Notes: a model not told the origin generated them from the letters alone. A stretch of DNA of 62,630 bases, filler included, from Asterionella formosa (GCA_002256025.1; 21 parts of 21 records of this genome joined end to end with filler, not necessarily neighbours in it); one strand, 5' to 3'; positions 1-12,809 are shown, numbered from the whole stretch's first letter. Numbers and translations are program-made.

Positions 1-1150
1 GTGTGTTATTGCTGCAACATGACATGATGACCATTCTATGGCATTTGTCATTGTTCCCATTTTGTGATTTGGATACAATCTCATTCTATACAACTACCCA
101 GTCAATTGAGATGTCCAACATCATGGAAAGATCTCGTAGTTGTAAAGTTATGGAATATCCAGTAGTAGAAACCTATCATTTGAATTTTGTGTGTTATTGC
201 TGCAACATGACATGATGACCATTCTATGGCATTAGTCATTGTTCCAAATTTGAGATCTGGATACAATCTCGGTCTATATTAATCCCCAGTCAATGAAGAT
301 GTTCAACTTCATGGAAAGGTCTTATAGTTGTAAAGTTATGGAATATCCAGTAGTAGGAACCTATCATTTCAATTTTGTGAATTTATGTGACAACATCACA
401 TGATGACCATTTTATGTCGTTTGTCATTGTTCCAAGATTGAGATAAGGGTTGAAACTCATTCTTTATTATTGGCTCGTCAAATGAGATGTTCAACATCAT
501 GGAAAGGTCTCATTGTTGTAAAGTTATGGAATATCCAGTAGTAGAAACCAATCATTTCAATTTTGTGTATTTATGCTGCAACATCACATGCTCACCATTG
601 TTTGGCGTTGGTGATTGTACCAAGAGTGAGATATGGGTATAATATCACTCTATATTAATCCCCAGTCAATTTAGATGTTCAACTTCATGGAAAGGTCTTA
701 TAGTTGTAAAGTTATGGAATATCCAGTACTAGGAACCAATCATTTAAATTTTGTGTATTTATGTGGGTTGTCATTGTTCCAAGAATGAGGTAAGTGTATA
801 ATCTCATTCTATATTATTGCCCCATCAAATTAGATGTTCAACATCATGGAAAGGTCTCATGGTTGTAAAGTTCTTATGGAATATCCAGTAGTAGGAACCT
901 ATCATTTCAATTTTGTGTATTTATGCGACAACAATACATGATGACCATTTTATGTCGTTTGTCATTGTTCCAAGAAAGAGATATGGATACACTTCCAAAC
1001 TATTCTAGTCCCCAGTCAATTGAAATGTTCAACATAACGGAACGGTCTTATGGTTGTAAAGAAATGGTATATCCAGCAGCCAGTAGTAGCCTAGTAGAAA
1101 CATATCATTTCAATTTTGTGAGTAGATTTTACAACATGAATGATGAACTG
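1..1150. repeat. Tandem satellite, 188-bp unit, about 6 diverged copies
   Basis: The anchor TGGAATATCCAG recurs at 151, 339, 527, 715, 877 and 1065 (variant). Spacings are 188, 188, 188, 162 (deletion) and 188. The unit is not a multiple of 3. Confidence 0.93.
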
Positions 1151-1673
1151 GCCCTTTCCATGGCGTTGGGATACTATCTTATTCTATTCTTTTCCAAATG
1201 AATGGTACTGTCCATTGTAACGAAAAGACTTAATCATCATACCGTTATTAAAGAATCAGTAGCTGGAAAGAAACTTCATCATTGTCATTATTTGCCTGAT
1301 TTCATATTGTTAAATCCTGCTTTAATTAGTATATTGTAGGTAGATTGTTTTTAAAAGTTATTTGGAAATGTTGCACTTGCAATTAAACATTATTTCACAT
1401 TATTTTTCTACCAGAGAAAAAGTAGACGGAGATCAATGAATAGATGATAATTTATCAAATCTTGCTATCGTGATGTGAATAGTTTGCAAATGAAGTGGTC
1501 CATATATTTTTATATTAAGCAAAGAATAACATAGGTAAATTTTAATGGATTATTTTCTAGAATTCATCTGCAGGAGCAAGTGTCCTTCCCATCGCTTTTC
1601 CTACAATAACATCATTCCAAAAATGACGGTTCATCTTTAGAAAAAGAATGGCTTCAAATACAAGTGGTGATGT

Positions 1674-1773
1674 NNNNNNNNNNNNNNNNNNNNNNNNNNN
1701 NNNNNNNNNNNNNNNNNTTAATTAATTAANNNNNNNNNNNNNNNNNNNNNNNNNNNNNNNNNNNNNNNNNNNN
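1674..1773. other. Artificial contig spacer (44N-TTAATTAATTAA-44N), first of 20; the others start at 3446, 5218, 6990, 8761, 36115, 37887, 39656, 41425, 43193, 44961, 46729, 48496, 50263, 52028, 53795, 55566, 57333, 59099, 60864
   Basis: Identical 100-nt N-flanked six-frame-stop linker repeated 20 times; the intervening contigs are nearly the same length (1665-1673 nt) except 8861-36114. Confidence 0.99.
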
Positions 1774-2279
1774 TTTTCTTTGTCCTTGTCATTAAATATT
1801 GCGAAACCATATGGTCGGTTTACAGTTTGCCACGGCTCACCTTTGTCATTGCTAGCTACGGATGTGCTCATTTGTACTATGAGGCGACGATCGATTATCG
1901 CAGCAATCAACCGAAGTCCATGCTGTCTCGTCAATCTCTGAAATACTAGCTAGTATGCAGCAAAATTGAAGGTGAACTTTGGGTTGTAATATCTTGTGAT
2001 AGTTGCATGTTGGTAATGCAACCACAATTCTAACAGCTCGCTGCATGTGTGGATGTGATTTTAAAATAAAATGTTGATGACTAGATATCATGACAGCCAT
2101 GAAAATGTTCGTTTGATTATGTAGTCATCTGATTTATTATGTTTACCATCCATGCCTAGTATAGTAGAGTCATATGTCTTCGTTTTCGTCGCCAATTCAA
2201 GCCCAATTGATTGCCCGCTATCATCGATTACCCACCCTGTTCTTGTTGCTAAAAAACCCTTCAAACGTGTTTGTCTATT

Positions 2280-3050
2280 ATTCTCCGATTTCAAGTTTTT
2301 AAACTCTGGCGCATTTTTGATTGTTGAATTGAATCAAGCTTTCTGGATTCTCTATCACCATGTCATGCAAATTTGTCACTGAAGGTCCACCATTTGTTGC
2401 AAGCTGATAAAGCAGTTTGGGTAGTTAAAAATTCCCACAAATAACATGATTCTTTGATGGATTTAAGAGATGATTGAACTCGCTCCATAAGCCTATCATT
2501 GAGGCTTCATCAGCGATGCAAGGAGTGCATGAAGCTAAACTCACAATGTGCAAGATTATTCAAAGTAGCTAGCAGTATGGATAAATCTACTACTAAAGAA
2601 TACAATGTTAACATCGAAACTCTGATTTTAAAACTTTGATGCTAATGAATTGCTACTAGTAGTTATTGAAATGAACAAAGGAATTAATTTGGTTCAAGCA
2701 GTCAATCGAAGAATCAGGCCACGATTGTTGAATGTTGTCAACAATTTTCAACAGAACAAGTAGTACTGACACTACTAATAGCTAGCTAGTCATTTCATCT
2801 CCATTCTATCATTTGGTTGAGGTTGAAATGAAGTGATAGTGAGTCATAATTTACATATTGTGTGTATGCTATACTTACAATATTCTTTGTCATCTGCTCC
2901 ACCCTGCAACGTATTATCAGTACTTTCTGTATTAGGTATGGATGGGTGTGGTCCGCCCGAGGTAGAAGTCGTTCTCGTCTGTACATTTTGTACCAACCAT
3001 TTTTTAGGTGTCAGTTTGACCTAAAATTCAGGGTGTGAATAAGAAGTTCC
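2280..3050. repeat. Dispersed ~750-bp repeat, inverted copy at ~36225-36990
   Basis: AAATTCAGGGTGTGAATAA (~3025-3043) is the reverse complement of TTATTCACACCCTGAATTT (~36230), and colinear similarity continues through TGATTGAACTCGCTCCATAAGC and AAGCTTTCTGGATTCTC. Confidence 0.88.
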
Positions 3051-3378
3051 CGAATGGCAAGACGATAGCTGGAGAGGGAATTGCTGTACAGCTGCGGTAC
3101 TTTGACGTATGTTCTAGAATGGTATTCATGCACTGCTGTCCTGCAGCACAGTTTGTACATCAGATGCATCTACACTGGAACTACCTACGTTCCAACCTCA
3201 GTAGCAAAATATCCTTAGTAATCACTACATACTGGTAACGTAATTTTGCATTTTATCTTTTGATATACCGGTATTGCATTCACACAAGGTGAAGGAAGAT
3301 AGTGACCCTATCGTGAAGGAATAAAATTGGTTGATCACTTGACGAATTATAAATATTAAATAATGACAATGAACCCCA

Positions 3379-3445
3379 GCAAGTTGCGGTCATTTTGCTG
3401 ATACTAACATTCCGATCTGGGATAAAGATAGCAAAATCTATACTT
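3379..3445 (+). mobile_element. Copy of the ~100-bp hairpin MITE, cut by the contig end
   Basis: GCAAGTTGCGGTCATTTTGCTGATACTAACA...GGATAAAGATAGC matches 25122-25176. Confidence 0.8.
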
Positions 3446-3545
3446 NNNNNNNNNNNNNNNNNNNNNNNNNNNNNNNNNNNNNNNNNNNNTTAATTAATTA
3501 ANNNNNNNNNNNNNNNNNNNNNNNNNNNNNNNNNNNNNNNNNNNN

Positions 3546-3716
3546 GCACATTTTGCGATTCGATGTGGTTGTTCATTAGGCTTGAATTCCAAAGAATATC
3601 AACTCCCAGTTGTGGCACTTGTTTGCAACTTGCAAGCGCCTCAAACTGGTTATGCTGCACTGTTGAGCCATATTGAAGTCGAAACGTTGTTTCATGAATT
3701 TGGTCATGCCTTTTAA
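3546..3716 (+). pseudogene. Fragment of mitochondrial intermediate peptidase (M3A metallopeptidase), ending just after the zinc motif
   Basis: Hand translation gives AHFAIRCG...[12 protein letters not shown]...[18 protein letters not shown]. The FHEFGH (HExxH) motif and [10 protein letters not shown] are MIP-like. A stop and TE-derived DNA follow directly. Not in the ORF track. Confidence 0.8.
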
Positions 3717-3959
3717 TACCGGTACCAGGGGTTTTTGTAGTTTACCTTTGTACACAGTGCTAGTTGACTGCTAGTACACTAGCTTTCACTACGGTCTTAA
3801 AAGGTTGCACTGGGGGTTGAATTTTTTGCATGTACCACCCTGGTACCATATGGAAGACTATGGGGGGGGGATTACCGGTACGTTACTAAGCCAAAATAAG
3901 GTAGTGTCCACGTACCGTAGTTTCGGACTTTCGCCGGCTTCATGCAAAAATATCAAACA

Positions 3960-4610
3960 AAAACCGCTTCCTATCCCAAAAATATCCGATTTCATCCAAG
4001 AGCTTGAACAAGGGTTAACATATGCCACGGCATTAGACCTTAACATGGGATACTATGCAATTCGTTTAGATAAAGAGGCTCAAAACTTAAGTGCTATTAT
4101 TTTCCCTTGGGGCAAGTATAGATATAACCGATTACCAATGGGAATCAATTGTGCCCCGGACATTTTCCAAGAAAAAATGTCAATCTTAATGACAGGCCTG
4201 GGTACGTACGTACTTAGACGACCTTCTGGGTATTACCTCGGGATCGTTTCACGATCACCTACAGCAGGTACGAATTGTACTGCAAAGAATATCCGAAGCG
4301 GGCCTTCGGATAAATGCAGACAAGTCGACATTCTGTGCTATCGAAATTGAGTATCTTGGTTTTTGGATAACTCGTCAGGGTGTTCAAACAATGACCAATA
4401 AAATCGAGGCAATTCAAAATATCGCCATACCAGCCACACGTAGACAGCTACGACGCTTTATCGCGATATGTGGATCAGACGTAGTGATCTTTTAGGACCG
4501 CTAACAGCAATAACCTTCACAAAAATCCCGCTGAGAATGGACTAATTTCCATCAAATTTCCATGTGCAAAAATAAAGGACGTTTTGAGTCAGGAAGTATT
4601 ATAATCGTAC
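3960..4610 (+). mobile_element. Degenerate Ty3/Gypsy reverse transcriptase fragment
   Basis: PIPKISD...YATALDLNMGYYAIRLD...FPWGKYRYNRLPMGINCAPDIFQEKM; after frameshifts near 4200-4230, VRTYLDDLL...GLRINADKSTFC...EYLGFWITRQG. Confidence 0.92.
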
Positions 4611-5210
4611 CAACATTTTGTGGGTACGAGTGGAAAGGGAAAAATTCTCAATCATTTCCGGAATTTTGCTTAGCTGAATACCGGGTAAGCTAAAATGACC
4701 CTCGGGGTCATTAATCTATGTTAAATACTGGTATCAAACATACATTGGGCTAAACTTCAACCTTCTTCTACATGACGATTATAACGAACCATGTGGAGTG
4801 GTACCACCGGTATTTTTCCAATAAATGTACCTATTGTACTGATACCGGTTTACTATCACGAAGGGCATATGTACAAACATATTTCATGATGGACAAAAGT
4901 TCCGGCATCATCATGGTCATGATTTCATGTAGAACTCAACGACGTCAGGAGGTAGAGAAATTATTTCAGGTAGACTATGTTTGTACTGTAATGGACAAGT
5001 GTCAAGAATTACAAACACGAGCGACATCATACGACACACACGCAAATGAATGTTATTTTTACATATGCGAACAGGTTTATATATAAGTATGCCCTTCTAT
5101 CACTCCCCGTAATTCAATCAGTTGCGTAGAATTCTACGACAAGTGGTAGAAACACTACTTTGGCAGAAGGGCACAACAAGAATTACTTTTCAATCACCAC
5201 AACGACAAGA
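4611..5210 (+). repeat. Dispersed repeat shared with 48870-49745
   Basis: CAACATTTTGT.GGTACGAGTGGAAAGGGAAAAATTCTCAATC...GACCCTCGGGGTCATTAATCTA and later blocks (CAAGAATTACAAACACGA, CGTAGAATTCTACGACAAGT) are colinear in both copies, with indels. Confidence 0.88.
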
Positions 5211-5499
5211 AAAGGAGNNNNNNNNNNNNNNNNNNNNNNNNNNNNNNNNNNNNNNNNNNNNTTAATTAATTAANNNNNNNNNNNNNNNNNNNNNNNNNNN
5301 NNNNNNNNNNNNNNNNNTTTTCCTTTGTTGAATCTTGATAACTTGTAGTAGCAGCAATAGCATTAGAATACATCCGATTTTCTTCATTCTTCATAACTCG
5401 TGCATGTACCACAATGTTGATCAGGCTGCGTAATTTTTCTGCACAAGGGGTAGCTAGCTCGTTCAAAAATAACTCGAGCTGTTCATTGGCATTCTGCGG

Positions 5500-6500
5500 C
5501 TGTACGTAGCTCATAGCAAGGGTACATATGTGCGCAGGACTGAAGGAGCTTGGGTGTGTGTGACCTTGGGACATTCAGTCGATCATGTACATACCTTGTA
5601 CAAAGCTCCGAAATTTCGCACTGAAAAACCACCGATGGTAGGTTTAATACTAGTGTAGCTGTAGTCACCTTGACGACAAATATAGACTTGAATGTACGCA
5701 CTTTGTTTAAATGATTGTTGTGTATGTGGGCAATTGCTAGCTGGGCAGTCTTGAGTGACTGGTGTCGAGCAGATTTCATCAAGGCTTCCACTGCTCCATC
5801 ACCCCAAGCAATGACCAAACAGGTACCCAGTCCTACAGAACATGTGCATACCAACCTTCAGATTCTCCAAACCAAGCACCTCCCTAACAAGTTTAGTTAA
5901 CCGGTTTGTTCCCACTTTGTAGGACATCTGCGTGACAAAAATGCCATTGTTAGTCGGTGGACATTTTAATTCGTCCTCTGTAGGAAAAAGAAAACCTCCC
6001 CTGATCTTAGCACAGTGTATGTAAGACAGTAGGAGTGACACTGGACAAAACTCGGGGAACTCTTCATCGATCCAGAGGAACAGATGCACCCAGTTTTCGT
6101 CTGACTTCCCAAAGACTTTTAGACATAGAGCTCGGATATTTCCGGCATCATCAAAGAAAAAATGCTTTGCTTCGAAATGGTCTAGCTCGATGTCCACGAA
6201 GTCATCAAAGCGAAGGAACAGACAAATAGAAACCTGGATGATTGTAAATTTCTGCAAGTCAATTAATGAATTGCTGGCAGACAAAAGGCAATCACGCAAC
6301 TGTCGTACCCAGCAAGGTAGTAGCTGCTCTGTAGGTTGCCTTAATGTTGCTGCATTTGAACCCCTAGGCAAAAATTAAAATATTGCTTAGGGTTGCGAAA
6401 AATCCCTGGAATTAAGAATTTAATTAGCTATTTTTGAATGACGTGATTCCATTTGAAATATTTGAATCAGTGGAAATTTGCGAATACGTACATAGATTCC
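5500..6500 (-). mobile_element. Degenerate tyrosine-recombinase (Crypton-like) gene, family B
   Basis: ORF 6371-5799 has the YR-type order: LFLRFDD (Arg), GKSD (Lys), CPVSLLLSY, GFLFP, GMHMFCRTG (HxxR-like). A frameshift then leads to WG...LMKSARH (His). A likely intron GTACGT..TAG lies at ~6491-6365. No catalytic Tyr is visible after ARH. Confidence 0.65.
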
Positions 6501-7089
6501 TTGTCAAAAACGCTAAATATATATATTGACACTCTTAGTCGCTGTATGTATATATATGCTAAAAATACGATCAACATGTATGCATGGACACTCTATACTC
6601 CGATTAACTTTTTTATGTAATATGCATTGAATCCGTTCGACACATTCAAATCGTTTAATATATACATATATATATATATATTTAGGTTCTACATCGCTTC
6701 ATGTGCATACACCAGTACTACAATGTATACTCCTATCGACGAATATGGGTCATGTATACGACCCGGCGGCTCGGCAAATATTTGAAAGTGCACCCAAGGA
6801 GCGGTACGCGTACCGGTATGTCCAATGATGATCATCTACTGGTACCCGTCGTGAATATAGCACCGGACTGTCAGTACACCCAAGAAAATGTTACATGTTA
6901 ATCCAATGTGGCCAGCGTGGGTTTGCACGACCTCGCAAACCAAGCCAATCAAACAGAGGAATGTACTTCATGCTCACCAATCATATTATNNNNNNNNNNN
7001 NNNNNNNNNNNNNNNNNNNNNNNNNNNNNNNNNTTAATTAATTAANNNNNNNNNNNNNNNNNNNNNNNNNNNNNNNNNNNNNNNNNNNN

Positions 7090-8600
7090 ATTGGTTTCCT
7101 TTCTCTGTCAACCTGCCAACACTTATCAAATTTCGAGCAAAACCGGGAACAACCATCACTTCTTCCAATTTCAGTGTTTTCTTTGTGTCCTTCTGCTCCA
7201 GAGTTAAATCACCAATTGCTGTTGCCTTAAGGGTTTCATTGCTTCCAACCCTCACATGCTCAGTCTGCAAATTACTCATTTTTATAGTGTTGATGGACAC
7301 ATGAGTTGTTGCTCCTGAGTCAACAAGCCAGCTTTTATGTCCACTCTCTGTGACAGGGCTCATGGTTTTCAATGAATTTGAAACAAAAACGTCCTCATCC
7401 CACACCCATTCTGCTCCATGGCTTGTTTTTTCCATCTGTTAAATAATTTCTTTCTCATCAACAATTCCTCTGTTCTCGTCGTATTCTTCCTCATCACTTG
7501 TCTCACACATGTCAGACCAGCTCATGGTCTTTTTCTCTACTTTCTTCTTTTGGCTTATCACTTGTTGGAACTTGTTGTATTTTCTTGGTTTCCACTTAAT
7601 TTCTCTTATGTCTTTCAAGACACTTCTCTTCTTCCTGTTGTAGTCTGCAATTTCTTGCAAAAGTTCAATTGCAAATTTATTTGTGTCAAAATACTCTGAT
7701 TTAGCATCTTGATTCTTCTTGACATCATCCTCCCGGATATCAGCTCCACGGATTGTCATACCAACAAACATACCAGACTCTTCCTTCTTTGGACAATCTC
7801 TTGCAATGTGACCAAATCCGCCGTAACTGTAGCACTTCACCTTCGGTTTTTCAATGTCTTTCTCTCCACTGTTGTTGCTGTTGCCATTGCTTCTGCAGTC
7901 TCTTGCTCTGTGGCCTTGTCTTCCACACTTGTTGCATTTACCTTTAAAGTTCTCCAGGCACCTTTTCCACTTCTAGTATTCAGAGCCAGATGCTTTCCCC
8001 TTTCCTTGTTCTCTCTTTGATCTTGATTTTCGCGATTTTGACGATTTTTGAATGGCTCCGCAAACATCTCATAATGGCCAGCCAATGATCTCAGCAATGA
8101 AGTCCTTATTGTCAAATCCTTTTGTACCAATCTTTCCATTTAGAGATGAAATCACTGATTCATATCTTCGTTTTGGTAGTCTTGCTAATATAGTTGCTTG
8201 CATTTGCTCTTCACTGCGTCTTGATCCATTTTCGCACTTTTCCACTTCTCTGTTCAATCGTTCCATTTCGACAATCCAAAGGTAGGGATCATCTATGTCT
8301 GATTTCATGTAACACTTTTCAAGCTTGGTTGTTGCTTTTTCCAAATCTTTTGTCTTCTTTGAGTTGTACCGGTCCTTGAGAGCTTGAAACATTTGGTATG
8401 CTGTTTCATATGATTCAATGATTGCAAAAGCGTCACCTCTGCATGACAAAATAAGAAAATGCTTTGCTTCATCATCTTGTCTCACCAACTACATCTCTTC
8501 TTTTGTCAAATCTTCTTTCTCTGACCAACTTGCTTCACTCATCCTTTGCACAATCACTTCTTGTCTTTGTGACCTTAACTTCCACAAGCAATTGTTTTTA
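7090..8600 (-). mobile_element. Degenerate Ty1/Copia gag-protease region
   Basis: Gag-like AKHFLILSCRGDAFAIIES...QALKDRY; zinc knuckle CYSYGGFGHIARDCP; protease WLVDSGATTHV; LEEVMVVPGFARNLISVG. Split by frameshifts and stops. Confidence 0.9.
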
Positions 8601-9574
8601 AAAACGTGTTGAGATGTTCCAGATCTACTTGATAGTACTTACACAACTAGTGTCCAGTACTACTAGTTCTCCACTAGCTAGTTTTCGACAACACTTTAAT
8701 CTACTTTCAGATTAACCCCTTTCAATGTTGTGATTACTTCAGATTACTTTTTCTATCAATNNNNNNNNNNNNNNNNNNNNNNNNNNNNNNNNNNNNNNNN
8801 NNNNTTAATTAATTAANNNNNNNNNNNNNNNNNNNNNNNNNNNNNNNNNNNNNNNNNNNNTTTTCACAATTCATGTGGACAACAACTTTTGGGCTGTAAT
8901 AAGCAATTAATAAGCTACACAATGCAACAATTCAAGTTTTGATTCATTTACCAACTCTTTGGGAGCGAACAATAATTAGTGTATGTTGCAAACTAAGTTC
9001 AAACTGTGCATTTACTACATTTAGTGGTGGTGGCTTAGCTACAGTTCATAAGTCATCACAGTGGCAGCTTACAGTTGTCATCGTGTTTGCCATCCTAAAT
9101 TAAATACATTGTATTAATGACTTAGTATATATGTACCCATCACAGAAGACTTTGACCAAGAATAACTGTATCTATTTAGCATTTAGGAGTATGGATTTGT
9201 TATGGAAAGCTTGTCAAATTTGAAAGCTCCATTAGAGTTACATACCGGTAAATACTGTTACTGTTTCTGATTACCGAACTCTGAATCAATATTATTTTTT
9301 AAACTCCATTATCTCTATTACACGACTTTTCATATGCACGGAGTACTGCATACAGGATAAGAACATACAGGTATTCCTTTTCTACCGATGTTCGGCTCCT
9401 CGTAAAAACTTGACAACTCCTGCCTTCGTCAATTCAATAGGCACACATTCGTCGGGGGTATACCGGTAACCGATTTCATCTTGTACCTGATTATCGAGGT
9501 CGTTACAAACATTTCGTTTCTTCTGAAAATCAGCCCCCCATTTCTTTCACCATACTTAGTAGACTCCTAATAAC

Positions 9575-10930
9575 ATGTCAGTGGCCTCAACCAGTATTAG
9601 TCCGTTGGACTACGAGGAAACAGCAGTTCCGACTCTCAAAGTCATGCGCCTTCAATCGCCAGACTTGGACATTCCAACTTCTAGATCCCTCGAAAGTCGA
9701 GCCTTGCTGGAATCGTCAATGTCTCTTGCAGACTCTTTTGGGGTTATTCATGTCGGCGAAACGTTCACGGCATACTTAGGTGCAGTGAACGTCTCGAATA
9801 CTCATTTCGTTCGACGATTGACGGTCACTGCGCAACTCCAAACTCCCTCACATAGGTGGCCGCTACCATCGAACTTAGACGCTGCTCTTGGTGCCGATGT
9901 TGCTCCTGCTGATGGCGTTGATGCTATTGTCTCTCGCGCGCTCGAAGAATCTGGCCAGCACATTCTTCGAGTCGAAGTGGGATATTTGTCATCGGAAGGA
10001 ACCAACAAGACGCTCCGAAAGTTTTATCGCTTCAATGTTGCCAATCCACTGAATATTCGAGAATTGACAGTAAGATCCGGAGATGACTCTTGTTTTGTTT
10101 CGATCGCGGTTGAAAACGTTTCGATTGCTCCCATGGTGATTTCGCAAGTAAGCTTTGAAACATCAAAAGGATTAAAAGCAGAGCGAATCGGAATGTCATC
10201 GCTCAGTTCAGTGCCAGATACCGTGACCGCTGTGTCGTTGCTTGATAGTTCTGGGCATCTCCCACCCAAATCATCGCTTCGTTACATGTTCCGAATTAGG
10301 ACGTCCGGAGAAGAATATGCCCTTAATGGAATAGCATGTGGTGACGAACTCGGCAAGGCTGTCTTGGAATGGACCAAAACTATGGGTGAAGCAGGTCGCA
10401 TTGCATCGTCATCCATTATTTGTCCAGCCTCGCACCCTCCTGGTATCAATGAAAAAAATCCTGCCAAATTCATGATGGGATCTGAGAATCAGTTTGTTGT
10501 TGATGGCAGTGGTTTATCTATGGATGTGGCCGCCATTGCGGCCAACCGAGCAGCTGGCAAAGCTCATTCTGACCTTGACTATGCCCTTCCTATCACTGTC
10601 GAACCCATTGATCCACCAAAAACAATGCGTTTGGCACAACCAGAAGAAGTTCAATTTCTAGTGGTCAATCATTCTGATGTCACGAGAACTGTTCAATTGC
10701 AATTTCGATTGAATCACATGAGTGGTGTAGCAATTTGTGGCAAGTCTTTCAAGAACCTAGGAGAATTGCCTGGAAATGGTGGATCAGCAGTTTTTGGGGT
10801 GCGATTAATTGGCTTAGTAGGAGGCCTCCTTCGAGTGCAAGGATGTTGTGTGGTAGATCTGGGAACAGGCCTGGAAATTGCACAGCCTCCTCTTTTTAAT
10901 GTCTTCATTGATGGAGCTATGCTTCAGTAA
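9575..10930 (+). CDS. TRAPPC13: Trafficking protein particle complex subunit 13 (DUF974)
   Basis: 451-aa intact ORF with LKVMRL, SFGVIHVGETFTAYL, HILRVEVGY and LRKFYRFNVANPL motifs characteristic of TRAPPC13. Confidence 0.9.
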   Translation: MSVASTSISPLDYEETAVPTLKVMRLQSPDLDIPTSRSLESRALLESSMSLADSFGVIHVGETFTAYLGAVNVSNTHFVRRLTVTAQLQTPSHRWPLPSNLDAALGADVAPADGVDAIVSRALEESGQHILRVEVGYLSSEGTNKTLRKFYRFNVANPLNIRELTVRSGDDSCFVSIAVENVSIAPMVISQVSFETSKGLKAERIGMSSLSSVPDTVTAVSLLDSSGHLPPKSSLRYMFRIRTSGEEYALNGIACGDELGKAVLEWTKTMGEAGRIASSSIICPASHPPGINEKNPAKFMMGSENQFVVDGSGLSMDVAAIAANRAAGKAHSDLDYALPITVEPIDPPKTMRLAQPEEVQFLVVNHSDVTRTVQLQFRLNHMSGVAICGKSFKNLGELPGNGGSAVFGVRLIGLVGGLLRVQGCCVVDLGTGLEIAQPPLFNVFIDGAMLQ

Positions 10931-12809
10931 GGGGAGCACTTGCTCCTGTATCAAGTTGCATTTTAATCAAAAATTTTTGACTGGTTCATGGAATTTTTTC
11001 CACTTATCAACTTTTTTGGCTGCGTGCAGTAATTTGAAAATAAGGTTGTCACCCTCGTTTTTTGTGTTGCAGCTGTGATTTGAAATAGCAGATGTCATAG
11101 ACGAGCAATATCATTCAATAATTCACATGATCTACCATGGATTAGGAATACTGTCACCCTATTTGGGGCTCTAATGGCTTGGTATACTGTGTTATATTCA
11201 AAGTTCAAGGCAGAAAACCATCATTTCTTAATGTGTAGATTTCGAAGGACACAAGACAGCTGTTTCTACCCGGACATGCATGCTGTAGATGAGTTGTACT
11301 GAAGTGTGTTCAGAGCAAATTACGTATGAAACAACACAATTAGCTTTCTAGCTCCAGTGCATGGAATGAAAGTTTTAAGAGAAGGATGTTTCTATGGCAG
11401 GGTTTGCAACATGGATTTCATGAGCCCATTACTTGTATGAGTATAACTTTATTTGTTAAGTGCCTTAGAAGTGCTACTAATGATTCGTAGGCGAGCCTGG
11501 GTGACGTTTTCTGGCATACCAAGTCTGGGTTTTTGACAAAAATTTAAAGTGGCCAGGCTGGGTATCAGCCCAACAATTTGGTGGTGACCCCAGGTGCTTG
11601 TACTATGCAGGGAAAGGGAGTAGATACACTTGAACGAGCATTGGGGAAGTGCTTGATGGTGCTTTGCTTGGGTGTGCTGTAAATAGTTTTCAGTCTTCTA
11701 CCTCATTTTTCAACTGGTGAAGAAAGTTGTTAGCTTGGTTTGTGATGAAGAAGAATTTTGCGGCCACACTGTGGTTTTCAGGCGATTGTCTTGGTATTGT
11801 GCAATTGATTTGATGGCCACTTTTGGTCAATCTTCTTGCTGATTAGTTGATAAAAAACTCTGTTATTCTCAGTTGGAGATGAAACTGCCGCATTTTTAAC
11901 ATCACATTCCGATTGCACTACAAATGCATTCTTTCCTTGTTTGTGAAGGGTTGTATTCTTCCTTTCTTCTCTGGTATTGGATGCCAACAGCCATAATTGC
12001 ATGATGGCAAGCTTTTGTCCATGTATGTCCCCGAGAAGGTGAAATTTCTTGGGAAATGGCTTAGTGGTGGCAAGCATGTTTTCTGAGGTGGCTGGTTTGA
12101 TCGTGCATCATTCTCTACTTTTTGAATCCTTCATTCAGTCCCTAGGGTTCCCAAGTGTGTATGACAAAAGGATAGATCCTGTTGGACCATATGGACAAAT
12201 ACAACTAATACTAGCTAATTTTGTTCATTCATCTGGACACGAGCACTAGTCTTAGAAGATAATTTGTTTTATAGCCCATTCTTGCTTCCCTATTTTTTCA
12301 ATTATTCATTGTGCTATCAAGACCTTTTTTTCCTCAGTTTTGTTAGCAGAGGTAAGTCCCAAACCCCCTTTCACGAAAGTTGGTTGTCTTAGCTGCAGCA
12401 TTATTAGGGGAAACTCTAATCGCCACGTAGTATGGCACAAGCTGTTTGTAGTGCTGGGGCAGCCTACTATTTCTTGCACACCAGGCACCACGACCATGTG
12501 GAATGGTTAAGAAATAGGGATTTGAACCTACACTTAATGGCTATTGGCGAAACTACATTGACAATGGTATCATACGCACGGGTACCAAGAGAGCAGTCGA
12601 CCATTTGAAAAACATGATTTTAACATTACCAAATAAGGCCCCTTACAAGAATACTTCGGTGGCATATACACCAACATGCACTACATTCACAGAGAAACGT
12701 GCTACAAGAACTCCCCTCCTACTAGCAATAGAGCTGTTTTAAAGCGCTTAATACTAAACGAGGTTACCATACAAGCCAGGAGAATCTTGGGAAGCATACT
12801 AGGTCAGTG

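Noticed and set aside
1..1150. CRISPR-like array
   Set aside because: The whole 188-bp unit is repeated and diverged, with no unique spacers and no cas genes, in eukaryotic DNA.
1718..1729. Recurring TTAATTAATTAA palindrome as a biological repeat
   Set aside because: Always centred in 88 Ns; it is an artificial six-frame-stop linker. ORFs ending in X...LIN or X...N are artefacts of it.
6655..6682. (TA)n runs here and at ~13025-13048
   Set aside because: Ordinary short microsatellites.
11000..12700. Possible gene or TE between TRAPPC13 and the hypothetical gene
   Set aside because: Only short ORFs without recognisable motifs; probably old TE debris, but I cannot support a call.
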